Shown here piece after piece: positions 59,561 to 64,000 of a DNA stretch of 64,000 bases (the stretch's first letter is position 1; each line of letters starts with the position of its first letter). The notes below the pieces were generated by a model that saw only the letters and a program-made list of their open reading frames with translations, searched no databases and was not told the DNA's origin. The stretch is taken from assembly GCF_009914755.1 (NCBI RefSeq), contig NC_060945.1; one strand, 5' to 3'. This stretch comes from the human T2T-CHM13v2.0 reference genome, Homo sapiens. The position numbers and the translations under genes were made by a program.

Positions 59561-60469
59561 ATTCTATTCCATTCCATTCCATTTTATTGCAATCCATTCC
59601 ATTCCATTCAACTTGACCCAACTTCAATTTCATTCAACTTGACGGAAATCCACTTCAATCCATTCCAATCAATTCCATTCTATATAATCCCATTCCATTC
59701 TATTCCACTCCTTTCTATTCCATTCCACCCCATTCCATTCCAATCCACTTTAATCAACTACATTACACTCCTTTCCATTCCACTCCACTCACCTCCTCTC
59801 CATTCCATTCCATTTTATTCCATTCCTCTCCACTACTCTCCATTCCACTCAAATCCATTCCATTCCATTGCATTTCTTTCCACTGCATTCCATTCCACTC
59901 CATTGCATTGCATTCCATTCCTTTCCACTCCATTACACACCACTCCGTTCCACTCCATTCCATTCTGTTACATTCTATTCCTCTACATTCTATTCCATTC
60001 CATTCCATTCCAATCCATTCCATTCCCTTCCATTACATTCATTTCCACTGCATTCTTCTAGACTCCATTCCATTAAATTCCATTCCACTCCTTTCCATTC
60101 AATTCCATATCCTTTAATTCCATTCCATTCAATTCCGTACCACTCCACTCCACTCCATTCCATTACACTGCATTCAATTCCACTCCACTACATTCCATTC
60201 CATTCCACCCCATTCCACTCGTGTTCACTCCATTCCACTCTACTCAATTCAATTCCATTCCTTTCCATTCCACTACATTCCGTTCCATTCCATTCCACTC
60301 TACTCCATTCCACTCCTTTGCATTCCATTCCATTCCATTTCACTTTTAAGCATTCGATAACTTTCACTCCATTCCAATCCATTCCACTCCATTCCATACC
60401 ATTCAACTCCACTCCACTCCATTCCACTACATTCCATTCCATTCCATTCCACTCCATTCCATGCCATTC

Positions 60470-60612
60470 CACTCCACTCCCCTCCTTTCCATTCCATTCC
60501 ATGCATTCCATTCCATTCCTCTCCACTCCCCTCCTTTCCATTCCATTCCATGCATTACATTCCATTCCTCTCCACTCCCCTCCATTCCATTCCATTCCAT
60601 TCCATGCATTCT
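60470..60612 (+). repeat. ~3 x 49-54 bp tandem
   Basis: ATGCATT at 60501, 60550, 60604, each preceded by CACTCCCCTCC. Confidence 0.8.
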
Positions 60613-61630
60613 ATTACACTCCATTCCATTCAATTCTATTCCACTGCACTCCATTCTTTTCCATTCCACTCTATTCTTCTCCATTCCACTCCATTCCATT
60701 CCACTCAGCTCCACTCCATTCCAGTCAAATCATTTCCACTCCACTCCATTGCACTCCATTCCATTCCAGTCCATTCCATTCCACTCCACTACTCTCCACT
60801 CCACCCCACTGCAATCCATTCCATTCCATTCCATTCCATTCCATTGCATTCCATTTCTATCCATTCCGTTCCTCTCGATTCCATTCCATTCCATTTTAAT
60901 CCTCTCGATTCCATACCTTTCCATTCCATTCCATTCCGGTCCATTCCATTCCACTCCACTCCCTTCCACTCCTCTCCACTCCACTGCATTCCATTCCATT
61001 CCACTCTATTCCATTCCACTCCTTTTCACTCCACTCAACTCCATACCACTCCATTCAATTCCACTCCATTCCTTTCCACTCCATTGCATTCCACTCCAGT
61101 CCATTCCCTTCCACCCCATTCCATTCCAATCCATTCCATTCCATTCCATTCCATTCCATTCCATTCCATTCCAGTCCATTTCATTGCACTTTACTCCAAT
61201 CCACTCCGTTCTATTCCACTGTATTCCATTCCAATCCATTCCCCTCTATTCCACAGCATTCAATTCGTTCCATTCCACTCCGTTTCAATCCATTCCATTC
61301 CACTCCACTCCACTCCATTCCTTTCCACTCCACTACATTCCAATCCATTCCATTCCATTCTTTTCCATCCCATTCCATTCCACTCTAATAAGTTCAATTC
61401 CACTCCATTCCACTCCATTCCATTCCATTCCATTTCACTTCATTCCATTCCATGCCATTCCATTCAATTTCATTCCTTTCCATTCCATTTCATTCCATTC
61501 CATTCCAATCAATTCCATTCCACTCTATTCCCTTCCATTCCGTTCAACTCTATTCCATTCCACTCTATTCCATTCCACTCCTTTGCTTTCAATTGCATTC
61601 CATTCCACTCGAAACCATTGGATACCTTTC

Positions 61631-62029
61631 ACTCCATTCCATTCCATTCCATTCCCCTCATTTCCATTTCATTCCATTCAATTCCATTGCATTCCTCTCC
61701 ATTCCACTGCACTCCCTACCATTCCATTCCATTCCAATCTATTCCCCTCCATTCCACTCCATTGGATTCCACTCTTGTCACCTCCATTCAACTCCATTCC
61801 ACTCCATTCAATTCCTTTCCGTTCGATTCCATTCCATTCCATTCCAATCCATTCCTTATTACTCCACTTGAATCCACTCCACTCCACTCCATTCCATTCC
61901 ACTCCACTTCACTCCACTGCATTCTGCTCCATTCCGTTGCATTCCATTCAAATCCATTCCACTCCATTCTATTAGATTCCTCTCCACTCCATTCCATTAC
62001 ATTCCACTCCATTCCATTCCATTCCATTC
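61631..62029 (+). repeat. ~400-bp block, copy 2 of a near-identical dispersed pair
   Basis: Matches 41401-41799; differences seen at 61652 (T vs C) and 61996 (A vs G); flanks do not align by eye. Confidence 0.9.
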
Positions 62030-64000
62030 CATTCCAATCCATTCCATTCCATTTCATTCCATTCCATTGCATTCAATTCCTTACCATTCCATTACTCTCG
62101 ATTCCATTCCATTTCATTCCATTCCATTCCATTCCATTCCATTCCATTCCATTCCATTCCATTCCATTCTATTCCAATTCTCTTGATTCCATTCCATTCC
62201 ATTGCATTCCATTCCGGTCCAATCCATTCCACTCCACTCCAATTCACTCCTCTCCACTCCACTGCATTCCATTTCACTCCTCTCCATTCCATTACATTCC
62301 TTTCCACTCCACTTAACTCCATACCACTACATTCATATCCACTCCATTCCATTCCACTCCATTCCATTACGGTCCATTCCATTCCACTCCACCCCTCCCC
62401 ACTCCACTCCACTGCATTCCATTCTCACCAATTCATTCCCCTCCATTCCATTCCACTCCATTCCGTTCCACCCCATTCCATTGCAATCCATTCCATTCCA
62501 TTCCATTCCACTCTACTCCAGTCCACTCCAATCTATTCCACTGCATTACATTCCAATCCATTTCTTTCCATTCCATTGAATTTCATTCCAATCGACCCAG
62601 CTCCAATCCACTCCAATCCACTCAATTTATTTGCATTCCATTCCGTTCATTTTCATTCCGTTCCATTCTATTCCACTCCACTTATTTCCATTCCACTCCA
62701 ACACACTCCATTCCATTCGTTTCCTTTCTATTTCATTCCATTCCATTCCATTCCATTCCATTCCATTCCACTCCTTCCCATTCCATTCTTTTCATTCCAT
62801 TCCATTACACTCCACTGCACTGCATTTCTCTCCACTAAATTCCATTCCATACCATTCCATTCCATTGCTTTCCACTCCATTCCTTTCCATTCCATTCCAC
62901 TGAATTCCCCTCCACTCCTTTGCATTCAACTCCACTCCATTTCGTTTCAGTACACTACTATCCGTTCCATTGCATTTCATTCCACTCCCCTCCATTGCAT
63001 TCATCTCCACTCCATTCCATTTCATGATACTGCACTCCCTTCCATTCCATACCAATCCATTCCACTCCATTCCATTCCATTCCGTTCTATTCCATTCCAT
63101 TCCATTCAATTCCACTTCAATCCATTCCATTCCATTCTGTTCCTTTCCATTCCATTCCATTCCATTGCATTCCGTTCTATTATATTCCATTCCATTCCAT
63201 TCCACTCCACTCCATTCCACTTCACTCCAGTCCATTCAACTCCATTCCATTCCATTCCACTCCACTCCATTCCATTCCAATCCACTCCTCTCTATTGCAC
63301 TCTATATTCCATCGCACTACAATACACTCCATTCCATTCCACTCCATTCAATTCCACTCCACTCCATTCCTTTCCACTCCACTGCATTCCATTCCAGTCC
63401 TTTCCATTCCATTCAAATCCATTCCACTTCATTCCACTCCATTCCATTCCTCTTCATTCCTCCCGACTCCATTCCAGTCCACTCCATTGCCTTCCATTCC
63501 ATTCCAATCGATTCCACTCCAGTACACTTCATTCCACCCCAATCCATTCCATTCCATTCAATTACCATCCACTCGACCTCACTCCACTGCACTCCATTCG
63601 ATTCCATTCCTTTCATTTCCATTCTACATCACTCAATTATATTTCACTCCATTCCATTCCACCCCATTCCATTCCTCTCCACTCCATTCCACACCATTAC
63701 TTTCCACTCCACTGCATACCCTTCCATTCCATTCAATCACATTCTATTCAATTTCATTCCACTCGACCCCACTCCACTCCACTCCAATCAATTCCATTGC
63801 TTCCATTCCATTCCGTTTCATTCCCATTCATTCCATTCCACTCCACTGAATTCCAATCCACTCCACCCCACGCCATTGCGTTTCATTCCATTCCATTCCA
63901 TTCCACTGCATTTCCTTCCATTCCACTCCATTCCATTCCAATGCACTCCACTGCACTACATTCCACTCCATTCCATTCCAATCCACTCCTCTCCTCACCA

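Larger units (their letters stand above)
1..64000 (+). repeat. Diverged (CATTC)n / (GGAAT)n pentameric satellite array, classical satellite III (HSat3-like), C-rich strand on +
   Basis: CATTC/CACTC pentamers in tandem from start to end; G very rare on + strand; same orientation throughout; no unique-sequence island seen. The family assignment rests on the established (GGAAT)n consensus of HSat3; the HSat2 hallmark CATTCGATTC occurs only sporadically. Confidence 0.95.

Noticed and set aside
159-63849. Hundreds of long ORFs (up to 1002 aa) on both strands
   Set aside because: CATTC/GGAAT has no stop codon in any frame, so long FHSIP/MEWNG ORFs are expected; they overlap in multiple frames and show no domain-like sequence.
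1-64000. HSat2, alpha satellite, telomeric repeat, or Alu/L1 insertions
   Set aside because: CATTCGATTC is only sporadic; no 171-bp monomer, CENP-B box, TTAGGG run or non-satellite island seen.
1-64000. Assignment to a specific chromosome or HSat3 subfamily (e.g. DYZ1 or the CAACCCGAGT-containing type)
   Set aside because: I did not notice the ACTCGGGTTG decamer or a homogeneous ~3.5 kb unit; a reliable call needs k-mer classification or mapping.
1-64000. Large inversion or strand switch of the array
   Set aside because: GGAAT appears on + only as short micro-inversions; the C-rich orientation holds throughout.

Overview
The whole 64 kb is one uninterrupted block of diverged (CATTC)n/(GGAAT)n pentameric satellite, with CACTC, CTTTC, CAATC and CATTG variants and very little G on the + strand. 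This fits the classical satellite III / HSat3 family of human and great-ape heterochromatin; subfamily and chromosome cannot be assigned by eye. I see no credible gene, RNA gene, transposon or CRISPR array, and all listed ORFs are FHSIP/MEWNG translations of the pentamer. The informative content is internal structure: (1) a young palindromic 30/35-bp minisatellite at 22.1-23.3 kb whose hairpin arms co-vary (CCGTGG/CCACGG vs CCATGG/CCATGG), with a degenerate sister cluster at 29.8-30.2 kb; (2) a ~1.8 kb near-perfect in-phase CATTC block with ~55 CATGT variants at 27.5-29.3 kb; (3) an old ~6.7-6.9 kb higher-order periodicity; (4) a ~400 bp block copied almost perfectly 20,230 bp away with non-matching flanks; (5) many local tandem duplications from 20 bp to ~1.5 kb. 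All alignments and counts were done by eye and need computational confirmation.
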